A stretch of DNA of 64,000 nucleotides from Vulcanimicrobiota bacterium (GCA_963786105.1 CAWAXX010000013.1:77529-141528); one strand, 5' to 3'. Counted from the stretch's first letter, positions 29,220 through 39,698 are shown. Notes: a model not told the origin generated them from the sequence alone. Translations and numbers: made by a program.

Positions 29220-30698
29220 TCAATCGTAGTGTTTTAGAAGCGGCCAAAGGGTCTGCAAATTCGGTCTGATCCCGGTGCACAAGTAGATCGGGATGCCATC
29301 TTCGTCCGGCATGCCCATGGGGTTTGCGTACGTTGCAAGCAGTCGAACCGAACTGCAACGCTTACGGAGCACGGCGGCATTGCCGTTGATTCGCATGACG
29401 ACCGCACCGTCATACCCGCGCGGGCCCCAGAGAAAGTACTGGTTGTGACCGCTGAGCGCCGGCGGCAAACCATATGGCGCTCCAAAAAAATCGATCGCCG
29501 CAGCCTCACCGTAGTTGCTGGTGAGGATTGCCGTGTGCGATCGCTCTTCGACCGGCAGGCCGTCGTACGCAGCGGCAACCGTCCGGGCCAACCCCGGCCA
29601 ACCGTGCATGTCCGCGTATTCTTGCGGCAAGCTCCCCACCTTTCGATGTTCGCTCGACGGCACGTCGAGGTGGAGGAAACGGGTGTAGCCGATGTAGCTT
29701 TCCGCGGGAAGAATGGGAAGATAAAGCGGAAGTGTAATCAAGCCGGTAACTACTGCCCCCGCCACGATGGCCCTTCGCATAACGATCGTGCGCGCGATCC
29801 ACTCTTCGACGGCGACGCTGCCGAGAGCGAACAGCGACGAATAGATCGGCTCCGCGTAGTAGTCTTTGCCGTGCAGGGCGATCAACACGGAAACGAGCAG
29901 GACGTATGTCCAAAAAAGCCAGCGTAGTTCTCGTCGAACGGCCGCAAACACCAGCCCACAGACCCAGACGAGTGAGAGTACGACGTTGTTATTCACGAGT
30001 TGGCGCTCGATAAACTCGATCGGAGTGAGCACGACGTTCTTGCCGGCTGCGTCGTTACGAAGAAGCTCGATCATCGGGAACCCGTGCAGAGCCTGCCACG
30101 TTACGTTGGGAAGCGCGAGCACGGCGGCGATTGCACAGCCGTAGAGAAACCACCGGCTTTTCAAAATCGCGCGCTCGGGACCCAACGCCAGTCCGCCGAA
30201 CAGCGCGGCCAAAACGTAGACGACGCTGTATTTCGTTTCGGCCCAGACGCCGGCGGCGGCCCCCGCGAACAGCCATAAGCGCAGGTCGCCGCCTTTGACC
30301 ATCCGCAGAACTAAGAGGACGATCAGTGGCGACAGCAAGCCGGTGGGCGTGTCGGTGCTCAGTGCGACCGAGGCCGTTCCGAGCATGACGCATATTCCGG
30401 CGAGAAGTTGTGCAAAACGCCGGCCGCCCAGGTCGATGACCGTCAAGCATGCGACGTAAACCGTGCCTCCCGCAAAGAGTGCGGAAACCGCGCGGATCGC
30501 TACCAGCGACGGACCGAAGAGCTGAGATAACGCTGCAAGCAATGGAACGACGGGTGGCTGATCGACGTATCCCCAGGCCGGGTGCCGTCCGGAAACGATA
30601 AAATACAGTTCGTCGCGAAAGAAACCGTAGTGCGGTTCGCCGAGTACGTGAAGTGCGAACGTGACGGCGGCCAGAACCCAGGGAAGGCGCGACCTCAC
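29220..30698 (-). CDS. Glycosyltransferase family 39 (ArnT/PMT-like) membrane protein
   Basis: YGFFRDELYF...WGYVDQPP, TKY, multiple transmembrane segments, NYGEAAAI, SGHNQYFLWG. Confidence 0.88.
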   Translation of the reverse strand: MRSRLPWVLAAVTFALHVLGEPHYGFFRDELYFIVSGRHPAWGYVDQPPVVPLLAALSQLFGPSLVAIRAVSALFAGGTVYVACLTVIDLGGRRFAQLLAGICVMLGTASVALSTDTPTGLLSPLIVLLVLRMVKGGDLRLWLFAGAAAGVWAETKYSVVYVLAALFGGLALGPERAILKSRWFLYGCAIAAVLALPNVTWQALHGFPMIELLRNDAAGKNVVLTPIEFIERQLVNNNVVLSLVWVCGLVFAAVRRELRWLFWTYVLLVSVLIALHGKDYYAEPIYSSLFALGSVAVEEWIARTIVMRRAIVAGAVVTGLITLPLYLPILPAESYIGYTRFLHLDVPSSEHRKVGSLPQEYADMHGWPGLARTVAAAYDGLPVEERSHTAILTSNYGEAAAIDFFGAPYGLPPALSGHNQYFLWGPRGYDGAVVMRINGNAAVLRKRCSSVRLLATYANPMGMPDEDGIPIYLCTGIRPNLQTLWPLLKHYD

Positions 30699-33253
30699 TG
30701 ACGTAGAGCGTTGGCCGGCCGGCCCTGAGCCGTATCGCGGCGGCGCTGCACGTAATCGCGCACGCTATCCGACAGCAGACGCTGATCCGCCGCGTCCGGC
30801 GCGTCGAAGTTCGCATGTTGCAACGCGGCGGCGTAGGTGCGCGCTTGGCCCGAAAGCGCTTGCGGCCGCGCGTTGAGGCGATCGAGCGCGATGGCGCTGG
30901 GCAGCGCAACGTACGGCCGAAGAGCGGCGGTGCTCAGAGCGAACGGTTCGACGATCGTATTCGCGTTCGCGTCAAACTGAGTGAGTGGGCGTAGCCCGAG
31001 AATGAGTTCGATCGTCTTCAAAATGCTCGTCTGGTTGTAAAAGCGTGACGACACGAGATGTGGTCGGCTATGCGCGCTGATTACCAGCGCCATGGTGCGA
31101 TGTCCGTCGACGTGATCGAGCCCGTTTTGAGCGTCGTCTTCGACCACGAAGATCGCCGTATCCGCCCAGTAGCGCGAATGCGAGACGGCGTCGACGATGC
31201 GGCCCAGCGCGAGGTCGTTGTCGGCGACGGCGCTGTCGGGAACCGGATATCCCGCGGCCGTTCCCGCCGTGTGGTCGTTTCCGAGTTGCATTAAAATGAG
31301 GCTCGGCAGCTGGCCCGTTCGCTGGAATCCACGAAACTCGCGCAAGAACTCGTCGGCGCGCGCCTGATCGGAGATTCGCAGGGTGAATCCGGGATACGCC
31401 GGGTCGACGTATTTCGCCAGCGCCTCGATGCCCACGTCGTTCTTGAAGCTGACCGTATGCGTTCCCAGAGCGCGATCGCGATAGAACTGCGACCAGGTGG
31501 CGTTGTGCGGTCTAAAGGTTGGCTCTGACGTTACGAACTCGCCGTAATCGCGAAACGTTAGACCCGCGTCGAGGACACGCTGCCAAATGAACCCCGTGGA
31601 TGCAAACGCCAGCGGATCGGTTCCGTCGCTCGGATAAGTCCGGGCCCACGACGCAGTGTTGCGTTCCACGTAGTCCGTCGCCATCGCTTCGTCGGTCCAC
31701 TGGTGTCCGTCCCCACTCATGGTCCCGTTGACGTAGAAGTTCGTAAACAAACCGAAGCGTTCGGCGAGCGCGTGCTGGTTGGGGGTGATGCGCCGCGGGA
31801 ACGCGCACAGAGCCGGGTCGCCGTTGCCTCGCGTCAGATCACCGAAATAATCGTCGTACGTATGGTTTTCTTTGATGATGTAGATGATGTGCTTGAGCGT
31901 CGCGCGTTGACCGGCACGCGGCGCGGCCGGAACGTACGGTCCAACGAAGGCCGTCGACGACGCGGTCAACGGCTCGGACCGCGCTTGGAACTGTAGCAAA
32001 CCGGAATAGTCATAAACGTTGTCGCCGGTTTTGCCAAGGGGCACGAAGCCAAGCTCCCTGCCGCGGCTTCCGATGCCTTTGAGACTGACGACGTAGGTTG
32101 CTCCGTTCGGCGCGAATGCCACGCCGTCGGGATACCATCCGGTTGCAATCTGTGCGATTGCGGTGAGACGCTGTGAATCGAGAACCATCACGCGATTGTC
32201 GCCGCCTTCCGCAACGTAGAGATTACCGTCAACCGGCGACACGGCGATCGCGTTCGGCGACGCGCCGAAACCGGCTTGCCATGGCAAGGCGACGGTGCGG
32301 GAAGGTTCTCCGGTTGCGACATCGATGACGGCGATCGAATCGCCGTCGGCATTCGTAACGAACAGCTGCGCTCCGTCGCGCGACAAGGCCATCGCCGTAG
32401 GATGAGCGCCGACGGCGATCTGCTTGGTCTCTCTACGCGATGCCAAGTCGATTACCGACACGCTCCCCGGCTCTGCAATTCCGGTGCGCGGGTCCACACG
32501 AATGCGCGTGCCGCCCGAATCGGCGCTCGTATCGGTATGCGCGGGTTGGGCGCCGCCCATGTTGGAAACGTAGAGCTTATCGCCGGCCGTCACGACCGCG
32601 AAGGGCGCCGCTCCGACCGGAACGGTATATCGAATCGCGCGCGTCGCCGTATCGACCGCCGCGACCGCGTTGTTGCGGCTCAGAGCAACGAAGACGGTTT
32701 TTCCGTCGTCGCTCAACGCGACGCCGGTCGGAACCGAAACATCGAGTTCGTGCGTCGTCGCCGATCGAAACGCGCCTGAAGGTCCGGGAAGCTGCACGTC
32801 CGGGTCCCAAGCGAAGGTTCCGTCTTTCGTTCGGCTCGCCGATCGCAGCAGCCCAAACCCATCGGCCGACCACACCGTCGTTCCGTTGCGATTCCAAACG
32901 ATGCCGGTCAAGCCGTTCCCGCCGAGATTGAGCGGGTATTGCATAGGTTCGCGCGGCAAGCGCAAATTCTGTACGATCCGCGTGGCATTGCGGTCGACGA
33001 AGAGAATCCCATGCGAGTTCTTGATGGCGACGGTGCCGTCGGGGGAAACGGCAACGTCGAGCGGGCGGCCGAAGAAGTGCAACTGCGTTCCCGTCGGAGC
33101 GAGCCGCTGTCCGGTCGGCACGAGCGCTCGTCCGACGCGGACGCCGGGATTGCTCGCACCGAGTGACGTCAGTTGAAGCAGCGCGGCGAACGCAACGCAA
33201 ATCGCGATCAATCGCAACGCACCTGAGGTGCGCCGGAGATCATTGAGATTCAT
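30695..33253 (-). CDS. Bifunctional YncE-type beta-propeller / alkaline phosphatase-superfamily phosphoesterase
   Basis: Signal peptide, YVTN repeats (VG..P), IKENHTYDDYFGD, SGDGHQW, NDHTAG, EDDAQNGLDHVDGHR. Confidence 0.88.
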   Translation of the reverse strand: MNLNDLRRTSGALRLIAICVAFAALLQLTSLGASNPGVRVGRALVPTGQRLAPTGTQLHFFGRPLDVAVSPDGTVAIKNSHGILFVDRNATRIVQNLRLPREPMQYPLNLGGNGLTGIVWNRNGTTVWSADGFGLLRSASRTKDGTFAWDPDVQLPGPSGAFRSATTHELDVSVPTGVALSDDGKTVFVALSRNNAVAAVDTATRAIRYTVPVGAAPFAVVTAGDKLYVSNMGGAQPAHTDTSADSGGTRIRVDPRTGIAEPGSVSVIDLASRRETKQIAVGAHPTAMALSRDGAQLFVTNADGDSIAVIDVATGEPSRTVALPWQAGFGASPNAIAVSPVDGNLYVAEGGDNRVMVLDSQRLTAIAQIATGWYPDGVAFAPNGATYVVSLKGIGSRGRELGFVPLGKTGDNVYDYSGLLQFQARSEPLTASSTAFVGPYVPAAPRAGQRATLKHIIYIIKENHTYDDYFGDLTRGNGDPALCAFPRRITPNQHALAERFGLFTNFYVNGTMSGDGHQWTDEAMATDYVERNTASWARTYPSDGTDPLAFASTGFIWQRVLDAGLTFRDYGEFVTSEPTFRPHNATWSQFYRDRALGTHTVSFKNDVGIEALAKYVDPAYPGFTLRISDQARADEFLREFRGFQRTGQLPSLILMQLGNDHTAGTAAGYPVPDSAVADNDLALGRIVDAVSHSRYWADTAIFVVEDDAQNGLDHVDGHRTMALVISAHSRPHLVSSRFYNQTSILKTIELILGLRPLTQFDANANTIVEPFALSTAALRPYVALPSAIALDRLNARPQALSGQARTYAAALQHANFDAPDAADQRLLSDSVRDYVQRRRDTAQGRPANALRQ

Positions 33254-33420
33254 GTAAACACGTTTGCGCTTCGCGCGTCATATCAAATCCTAACGCGACA
33301 ATAACGCGGAAATGCTCAGTCTTTCCTTTCACCGGCATTCCCGGCGGCGTGGACCCGCAGGCCCAGCCGCCCGCTGGACGCCGGCTCACCCATGTCACTT
33401 TGCTGGCGCAATGTGACATA

Positions 33421-33454
33421 AGAAAAACCCCGCCAGTTGCTTGGCGGGGTTCTT
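33421..33454 (-). terminator. Rho-independent terminator (possibly bidirectional)
   Basis: AACCCCGCCA/TGGCGGGGTT stem with T runs, downstream of the 33484 gene. Confidence 0.78.
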
Positions 33455-33483
33455 GCGGTCGAGCGATTCACTACTGACTGAAG

Positions 33484-34902
33484 CTACTGACTGAAGTTGA
33501 AGGCGTTCGAGAATGGATCCGCGTTCGCGTCGCGGCTCCGTAGTGGTCTGAGGTTAAAGCGGTGCTCGATGAGCGCGAGAATGGAAGCGGTTTCGTACTG
33601 CGTGTGATCGACGAAGTGCCGCTTGGCAAAGGGAGATACGATGATGGCCGGGACGCGGGTTCCGGGGCCCCAGCGATCGATCGAGGGCGGCGCTATGTGA
33701 TCCCGGCGGCCGCCGTTTTCGTCGTACGTGACGATGATGACGGTGCTCTTCCAGTAGGGCGTTCCGCGCAACTCGTTGATGAGTTCGGCCGTCGCCGTTT
33801 GACCGCGCAACAGCGAGCTATAGCCTGGATGTTCGTTGTCTTCGCCGATTTGTTTGATGAACACCACCGACGGCAGTTTTCCGGCGGTAAGATCCTTCTT
33901 GAAATTCTTTAAGTCGGCCAGATGCTCGGCGCGAAGTTGCGTACCGTCACCGTAGTTCTGATAGTACGCGAAGGGCTGATGGTGGAACTGAAAGAGCGGG
34001 TTAGGATTCCCGGCGATTGCGTCATCCCAACCGCCCGAATACCACTTCCAGCTAACCCGGGCCGCATTGAGCCGATCGCCGATCGTCGCATTGGTCAACG
34101 GCGGAACGAGGTCCTCAGACGGAATGCCTGACGGATGCGGCTGGTACGTCGCGTAGGACGTATTGACGACGTGGCCGTCGGGCGTCACGTGATTGTCGTT
34201 CAGCTTTGCCGGATTCTTGCTCGGCACGGAAATGTAGCTTGAGGGAGCGTTCGGCCACATCGGTGCGCAAGCGCAAATCAGAAACTGATGGTTTAGAAAC
34301 GATCCGCCGAAGGCGCTGTGGAAGTAGTTGTCCGCCAACGTGTACTGGCTCGCAAGCTTTCCTTCGGGCAGCGGCCTGACGTCGTACTCGCTGAGAACGA
34401 GCCCGCCGTTATCGCTGTAGTCGACGAACTTATCCATCTGCCCGTTATCGATTTGATATTGCTCGTGGTAGAACCGATGGATGATGTCGCCGGTCTTGTC
34501 GTAGTCCGGCACGTACTTGGAAGTGAGATAGGTCTGGAGCGGAATCGTCCCCGGAAAACGCTTGTCGGGATTCCCATTGCTGTCCAGCGGCTGAGGAGCG
34601 TTTTGCAAGGGCGGACCGTTCCACGCGTTCTGGGCTACGGTTATCCCCGGGCCGTAGCCGTTCGCTCCCGGAAACTTGCCGTAGAGGGAGTCGAACGACC
34701 AGTTCTCTTGATAGATGACCACGATGTGCTGGATGTCGTTTAGGCTGCCGACTTTACCCGAAGCGGACATGCCGCTCGCGGCCGAGCTCGCGCCTTGCGG
34801 CGACACCGAACCCGCCGGTGAGTTGCAGGCCGACAGGCCTAATGAAATCATGATAATAGGCGCAAGGGCACGAAGCCCGCGCAGGCGCTGTAGTTTGCTC
34901 AT
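33484..34902 (-). CDS. Secreted phosphoesterase (acid phosphatase AcpA / phospholipase C family) lipoprotein
   Basis: Lipobox LSAC, HIVVIYQENWSFDSLYG, HRFY, FGGSFLNH, NEHPGY, YDENGG..DH, GPGTRVP. Confidence 0.9.
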   Translation of the reverse strand: MSKLQRLRGLRALAPIIMISLGLSACNSPAGSVSPQGASSAASGMSASGKVGSLNDIQHIVVIYQENWSFDSLYGKFPGANGYGPGITVAQNAWNGPPLQNAPQPLDSNGNPDKRFPGTIPLQTYLTSKYVPDYDKTGDIIHRFYHEQYQIDNGQMDKFVDYSDNGGLVLSEYDVRPLPEGKLASQYTLADNYFHSAFGGSFLNHQFLICACAPMWPNAPSSYISVPSKNPAKLNDNHVTPDGHVVNTSYATYQPHPSGIPSEDLVPPLTNATIGDRLNAARVSWKWYSGGWDDAIAGNPNPLFQFHHQPFAYYQNYGDGTQLRAEHLADLKNFKKDLTAGKLPSVVFIKQIGEDNEHPGYSSLLRGQTATAELINELRGTPYWKSTVIIVTYDENGGRRDHIAPPSIDRWGPGTRVPAIIVSPFAKRHFVDHTQYETASILALIEHRFNLRPLRSRDANADPFSNAFNFSQ

Positions 34903-34990
34903 GTCGCAATTCAACCAGGCGCACAATAACTCAAGCTTAGCGGCGCCTTGTCCCTTGCTTAACAGTTCTGGTCGGTTGCGCCACGCAACT

Positions 34991-35033
34991 TGTCATCCTG
35001 AGCGGAGCGCCGTAGGCGCGTAGTCGAAGGACG
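34991..35033 (+). repeat. REP-like element TGTCATCCTGAGCGGAG-hairpin-AGTCGAAGGACG
   Basis: Near-identical copies at 48910-48952 and 53076-53118. Confidence 0.85.
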
Positions 35034-35039
35034 CCGTCA

Positions 35040-36590
35040 TCAAATTACCCGAATCGTCGCCATCATGCCCCCGTCCTCGTGATCGAGGATGTGGCAATGA
35101 AACACGAACGTTCCGCGCACGATCGGGTTTCGGAAATCCATCAGCAGGGTGGCGCTGCCCGGGGTCGCGCTGACGTGTGTGTAGCGCTTCGGCGGCACGG
35201 TCACCGTATCGACCCAATGAAGCGGCGCGACGGGTTTCCCGTCGATCGTTTCCACCGCAAAATGCACCTGATGGATGTGAAAATCGTGGACTTCGTCGGT
35301 CTGATTAAGCAACGTCCAGCTTTCGATCGTGCCGGCGCGCGCGACGATCGCCGGCGGATTTTCCATTCGATACTTCTTTCCGTTAATAAAGAAGCCGCCG
35401 GCGTTCTCGGTAAAAACGATCCGGTGCCATGCCGCCGGGGGCGGAAGGCCGGCGCCTTGTGATGCCGGAGCCCGAACGTCGCCCAGCAAACCTGGCGCCG
35501 CTACTTGCGGTGCGTTGCCGTCGGGGCGCAGATCGGCCAGCACGACCGGAGGGTCGCGATCGCCGGCGTCACCCGTAACGTAACAGCTCGAGCGCAAAAC
35601 GGTCGGTCGCGCCGCTCCGTTGACGACGAACTCGGCCCGGCCCGCCGGCGCAATAACGATGTCGCGCACTCGTTGCACGGGGGGCGCGCCTGGGAACGCA
35701 TCGAGGGGTACGCCGTCGAGCGCGACCAAATCGAGCTTCTCGCCGTCGACGCTCAAGTCGAAGTACCGCCCGGCCGACGCGTTGACGACCCGAAACAGCT
35801 CGCGCTCGCCGGGGTCGATCCCGATGACGGTTCGCGGCGCACCATTGATCGTCACAGTCATGCCTGGCAACGGTGCGCAGTGCTCACCAACGGCATCGTC
35901 GTCGTCCACCGCCGTGAATCGCCCGGCGCGCCTTCGCGCCGCAAGAACGTTGGAGCGAATCGGTTCGGGTCGAGCCGCAATCGGAATCGTCGAGTAATCC
36001 GCCGGCGTCTGTATATTTCTCAAGACGATGATCCGCTCGCGTAAATCCGCGAGCGCCGGCATACGCAGCTGAAGGCCCTCGACGACCAGCGCTCCCGCCA
36101 TGCCGCTGGTGATTTGCCAGTAGGTTTGACCGTGAGCGTGCGGGTGATACCAATACAGCCCCGGTGGTTGGCTGCGGGGAATCCGCACGTCGTAGGCGAT
36201 CGCGCCGCCCGGCGGCGCCAGCCGCATCGCGTCGTCCGAAGGGGCTTGCGGCGAAACTTCGAGGCCGTGAAAGTGGAGGTTCACCTCGTTGGGCGCCTGC
36301 GTTCCCTTTGGCAGGTGGTTGTGAACCGTCACGCGGATTTCGTCACCGGGAGCGACGCGTATGGTCGGCGCCACGCCGACTGCGCCCCGATACACGAACG
36401 CGGGTGCGCCGGTGGCCGGATCGATGGCCGCATCGAGATCGAACGCCACGCGACCGCCGTGCGCCCGAACCTCGGGGATCGAGGCCAACGCCCCTTCCCC
36501 CGGCGTAGTTGTGGGCGGCGGGTTGCAGCCGGCGAACAAAAGACACGACGTCAAAGCCGCGTTGACGAGCATGATGAGCGATCGTCGCAC
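35040..36590 (-). CDS. Multicopper oxidase lipoprotein
   Basis: Copper motifs LHFHG, WYHPH, HDFHIH, HCHILDHEDGGM. Lipobox FAGC. Confidence 0.92.
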   Translation of the reverse strand: MRRSLIMLVNAALTSCLLFAGCNPPPTTTPGEGALASIPEVRAHGGRVAFDLDAAIDPATGAPAFVYRGAVGVAPTIRVAPGDEIRVTVHNHLPKGTQAPNEVNLHFHGLEVSPQAPSDDAMRLAPPGGAIAYDVRIPRSQPPGLYWYHPHAHGQTYWQITSGMAGALVVEGLQLRMPALADLRERIIVLRNIQTPADYSTIPIAARPEPIRSNVLAARRRAGRFTAVDDDDAVGEHCAPLPGMTVTINGAPRTVIGIDPGERELFRVVNASAGRYFDLSVDGEKLDLVALDGVPLDAFPGAPPVQRVRDIVIAPAGRAEFVVNGAARPTVLRSSCYVTGDAGDRDPPVVLADLRPDGNAPQVAAPGLLGDVRAPASQGAGLPPPAAWHRIVFTENAGGFFINGKKYRMENPPAIVARAGTIESWTLLNQTDEVHDFHIHQVHFAVETIDGKPVAPLHWVDTVTVPPKRYTHVSATPGSATLLMDFRNPIVRGTFVFHCHILDHEDGGMMATIRVI

Positions 36591-37059
36591 GCCATGATTA
36601 TGATACGGGCGCGTAGCTTCGTGGTTAAGATCGTCTTATGCGCCGATTAATTAGGCGGCTGCAGCTGGCCGACCAGATTTTCGCCACGCGCAGCTGTCCG
36701 CGGTCCGATCTGCGGACATTACGAATGCTCTGCGTCAATCGCGGCCAGCGCCCTACGTCTGCGAACAATGGCCACACGTCTACGACGTTCTCCCTGCAAT
36801 TGTGCTGATCGCGTCGACACAGGGAATCGCCTCTGCTGAGAGCGCGCCCTCCTCATTCCGAACCGGCTGCAATACATCTTCTACATTAATACGGGCTCAG
36901 TAAATACCACCGACGCTCGCGAAAATTCGCTAGACGATGCATTTAACTAAAATTCATGCGGTCAAGCAGGCTGGACCATGATGCGGTCGAAGGGGCCGCG
37001 ATGAGGTTGGGACTAGTCGTCGCGGCTTTGGTACGGTCGCGAGTGTCCGCAAGTATCTA

Positions 37060-38460
37060 ATGATGCATTTTAGGCCTTGCATTCTGCGGCGAATCCATAC
37101 CTGTCTCTTTTACATGGCAGCTCTGACACTAGGCGCTTGTTCCGTGCCAGGCAGCTCCTTAACAGTAGCTTCGGGGGCGAGGCCGTTATCGGAGACTCGC
37201 GCCACCAGCGCAGTCGCAACCGAGGCTGGGAGCTCACACTACATTAAACACGTCGTGATCGTGATTCAAGAGAATCGTACGTTCGACGATTTTTTTGCGA
37301 CGTATCCGGGTGCGGACGGCGCGACGAGAGGTAAGCTGCATAACGGCAAGATCATTCCGTTGAAAAAAGTTCCGCTTTCGGGGGTTACGTTGTCGAATGG
37401 CTGGTCGTCGTTTGCGACCGCCTATGACGGCGGGAACATGGATGGCTTCGATTTGGATCCCTGGGGCGGTCCGGGCCGCGCGGGCCAACGCCCGTACACG
37501 TATGTTGATCCGAAACAAATAAAACCATACTGGACCATGGCGCAGCAGTACGTGCTCGCTGATCACATGTTCCAAGGCGAGGGCAGCGGAAGCTTCACGG
37601 CGCATCAAGAACTCGTCGCCGGCGGCGAGCGGGTCGACCCAACAAATAGTTTGGTCAACTGGCCGGCACCGCCCACTCCAGAACCCCATGCGTGGGGTTG
37701 TGACGCACCGCGAGGGTCAGTCACATCGCTGATCACAAAGGACAATCACTTTGAAGGCAAGGCCGGACCATTCCCCTGTCTTACATATGCCACCCTTGCC
37801 GATCAGCTCGATAACAAACATCTCTCCTGGCGATACTACTCTGGAGAGCTTAAATTGGGTGGCGCTGGTTACATGTGGAACGCGTTCGAGGCGATCAAAA
37901 GCGTGCGTTATGGCTCCGATTGGGGTTCGGACATTTCTACGCCGTCGACTGCAATCTTACAAGACATCGCTAAGGGAAAATTTGCCGATGTCACCTGGCT
38001 GACACCTTCGGTTCCCGACTCAGATCATGAGTATCGGGGCCGCGATCACGGACCCTCGTGGGTGGCACAAGTGGTCAATGCCATCGGGCAGAGCCCCGAA
38101 TGGAAGTCGACGGCGATCATCGTCGTGTGGGATGATTGGGGCGGCCATTACGACCATGTGCCCCCGCCCCAGTTCGGATACGGCGAACTCGGTTTCCGCG
38201 TTCCGTTGCTAATCATTTCACCGTACGTCCATCCCGGACATATCTCTCACACTCAATACGAGTTCGGCAGCATTCTGAAGTTCGTTGAAGATAACTGGGG
38301 ACTCGAGCCGATGCAGGCTGGAGATCGGCGCGCGGCCAGCATCGCCGATGTTTTTGATTTTACCCAAAAGCCGCGTCCATTCAAGCCCATTCCTGCGGAA
38401 GAGCCAAGGTCGTTCTTCGAACGTGAACTTCCGTCGAATCTACCCGGCGACGGCGAGTAA
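37060..38460 (+). CDS. Secreted phosphoesterase (phospholipase C/acid phosphatase family) lipoprotein
   Basis: Lipobox LGAC, HVVIVIQENRTFDD, SFTAHQ, SDH, WDDWGGHYDH, GFRVPL. Confidence 0.9.
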   Translation: MMHFRPCILRRIHTCLFYMAALTLGACSVPGSSLTVASGARPLSETRATSAVATEAGSSHYIKHVVIVIQENRTFDDFFATYPGADGATRGKLHNGKIIPLKKVPLSGVTLSNGWSSFATAYDGGNMDGFDLDPWGGPGRAGQRPYTYVDPKQIKPYWTMAQQYVLADHMFQGEGSGSFTAHQELVAGGERVDPTNSLVNWPAPPTPEPHAWGCDAPRGSVTSLITKDNHFEGKAGPFPCLTYATLADQLDNKHLSWRYYSGELKLGGAGYMWNAFEAIKSVRYGSDWGSDISTPSTAILQDIAKGKFADVTWLTPSVPDSDHEYRGRDHGPSWVAQVVNAIGQSPEWKSTAIIVVWDDWGGHYDHVPPPQFGYGELGFRVPLLIISPYVHPGHISHTQYEFGSILKFVEDNWGLEPMQAGDRRAASIADVFDFTQKPRPFKPIPAEEPRSFFERELPSNLPGDGE

Positions 38461-38495
38461 GGACCCACTTCGCGCGATCGCTGACCGCCATAGGT

Positions 38496-38933
38496 TCACC
38501 TAACCGGAAGCAGTCGCGGTCCGGGGCCTTTTTTCGCAAGCTCGTCCATCGGGTTGCGCATCGGGCAGCTATCCAACGACAAGCAGCCGCACCCGATGCA
38601 GTCGCCGAGCTGATCGCGAAGCTCGGTGAGCCGCGCGATGCGATCGTCGAGATCGCTTTTCCAGCGCCTCGAGAGTCGCCCCCAATCTTTGGCCGTGACC
38701 GCGCGTTTTGCCGGCAGCGTGGCCAAGGCGTCGCGAATCTCTTTGAGTGGAATGCCGGCGCGCTGCGCGACCCGGATGACGGCGATGCGCCGCAGCTCGG
38801 TCCGGTCGAAGCGGCGCTGATTTGCCGCCGTGCGCTCGCTGCTAATCAAGCCTTTTGATTCGTAGAAGTGGATCGTCGAAACGGGGACGCCGCTGCGCTT
38901 GGCGATTTCGCCGACCGAAAGGAAATCCCACAT
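38496..38933 (-). CDS. soxR: Redox-sensitive transcriptional activator SoxR
   Basis: MerR-type HTH (LSVGEIAKRSGV..STIHFYE..GLI), NQRR, [2Fe-2S] motif CIGCGCLSLDSC. Confidence 0.95.
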   Translation of the reverse strand: MWDFLSVGEIAKRSGVPVSTIHFYESKGLISSERTAANQRRFDRTELRRIAVIRVAQRAGIPLKEIRDALATLPAKRAVTAKDWGRLSRRWKSDLDDRIARLTELRDQLGDCIGCGCLSLDSCPMRNPMDELAKKGPGPRLLPVR

Positions 38934-38937
38934 GGTA

Positions 38938-38968
38938 TTGACCTCAACCATACTTGAGGTTGTATGGT
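38938..38968 (+). promoter_or_regulatory. SoxR box inside a 19-bp-spacer promoter
   Basis: Palindrome ACCTCAA-N6-TTGAGGT (38941-38960). -35 TTGACC 38938-43, -10 TATGGT 38963-68, spacer 19 bp. Confidence 0.9.
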
Positions 38969-38975
38969 TTCATTC

Positions 38976-39698
38976 ATGAACGATTGGTTTGAATCAGGTC
39001 ACGTCGCGATCGTCACCGGCGGCTCGCGCGGACTCGGAAAGGCCCTGGCACGCGAGCTGCTGACGCTTGGCCTGCAGACGATTATCGACGGTCGCGATGG
39101 CGCCACGCTTGACGCGGCCGCCGAAGAACTCCGCCGGTTCGGGTCGGTGATCGCGATTGCCGGCGACGTCTCTGAAAAGAATCACGCGCACGCGCTCGTC
39201 GCGGCGGCTCGCAAACTCGGGCGGCTCGACCTGCTCGTCAACAACGCGTCGACGCTGGGCGAAACGCCGCTGCCGCGCATCGACGAGCTCTCGCAAGCGA
39301 CGTTCGATGAAGTCTTCACCGTCAACGTCTTCGCGCCGATCCACCTCATCCAGCACGCGTTGCCGCTCATGCAGAAGCAGAGTCTGGCGACGATCGTCAA
39401 CGTAACTTCGGATGCCGGGGTCGAAGCGTATCCCACCTGGGGAGGCTACGGAGCGTCAAAGGCGGCGCTCGAGCACGTCTCACGCGTGCTCGCCGCCGAA
39501 ATCGAAGGGACGAGCGTCCGCGTGCTCGTGGCGGATCCAGGCGATATGAACACCGACATGCATCGCGCGGCGGTTCCCGATGCCGACGTCGCTCAGCTGC
39601 GCGATCCCGCCGCATCGGCGCACGCGCTCGTTCGAGCGATCGCCCAGATGAAGGCACCGTACGAGCGCGTGCGTCTCGCCGAGTTGGTGACGGCATGA
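38976..39698 (+). CDS. Short-chain dehydrogenase/reductase
   Basis: TGGSRGLG, LVNNAS, YGASK, DPGDMNT. ATG 38976 sits at the predicted +1. Confidence 0.9.
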   Translation: MNDWFESGHVAIVTGGSRGLGKALARELLTLGLQTIIDGRDGATLDAAAEELRRFGSVIAIAGDVSEKNHAHALVAAARKLGRLDLLVNNASTLGETPLPRIDELSQATFDEVFTVNVFAPIHLIQHALPLMQKQSLATIVNVTSDAGVEAYPTWGGYGASKAALEHVSRVLAAEIEGTSVRVLVADPGDMNTDMHRAAVPDADVAQLRDPAASAHALVRAIAQMKAPYERVRLAELVTA

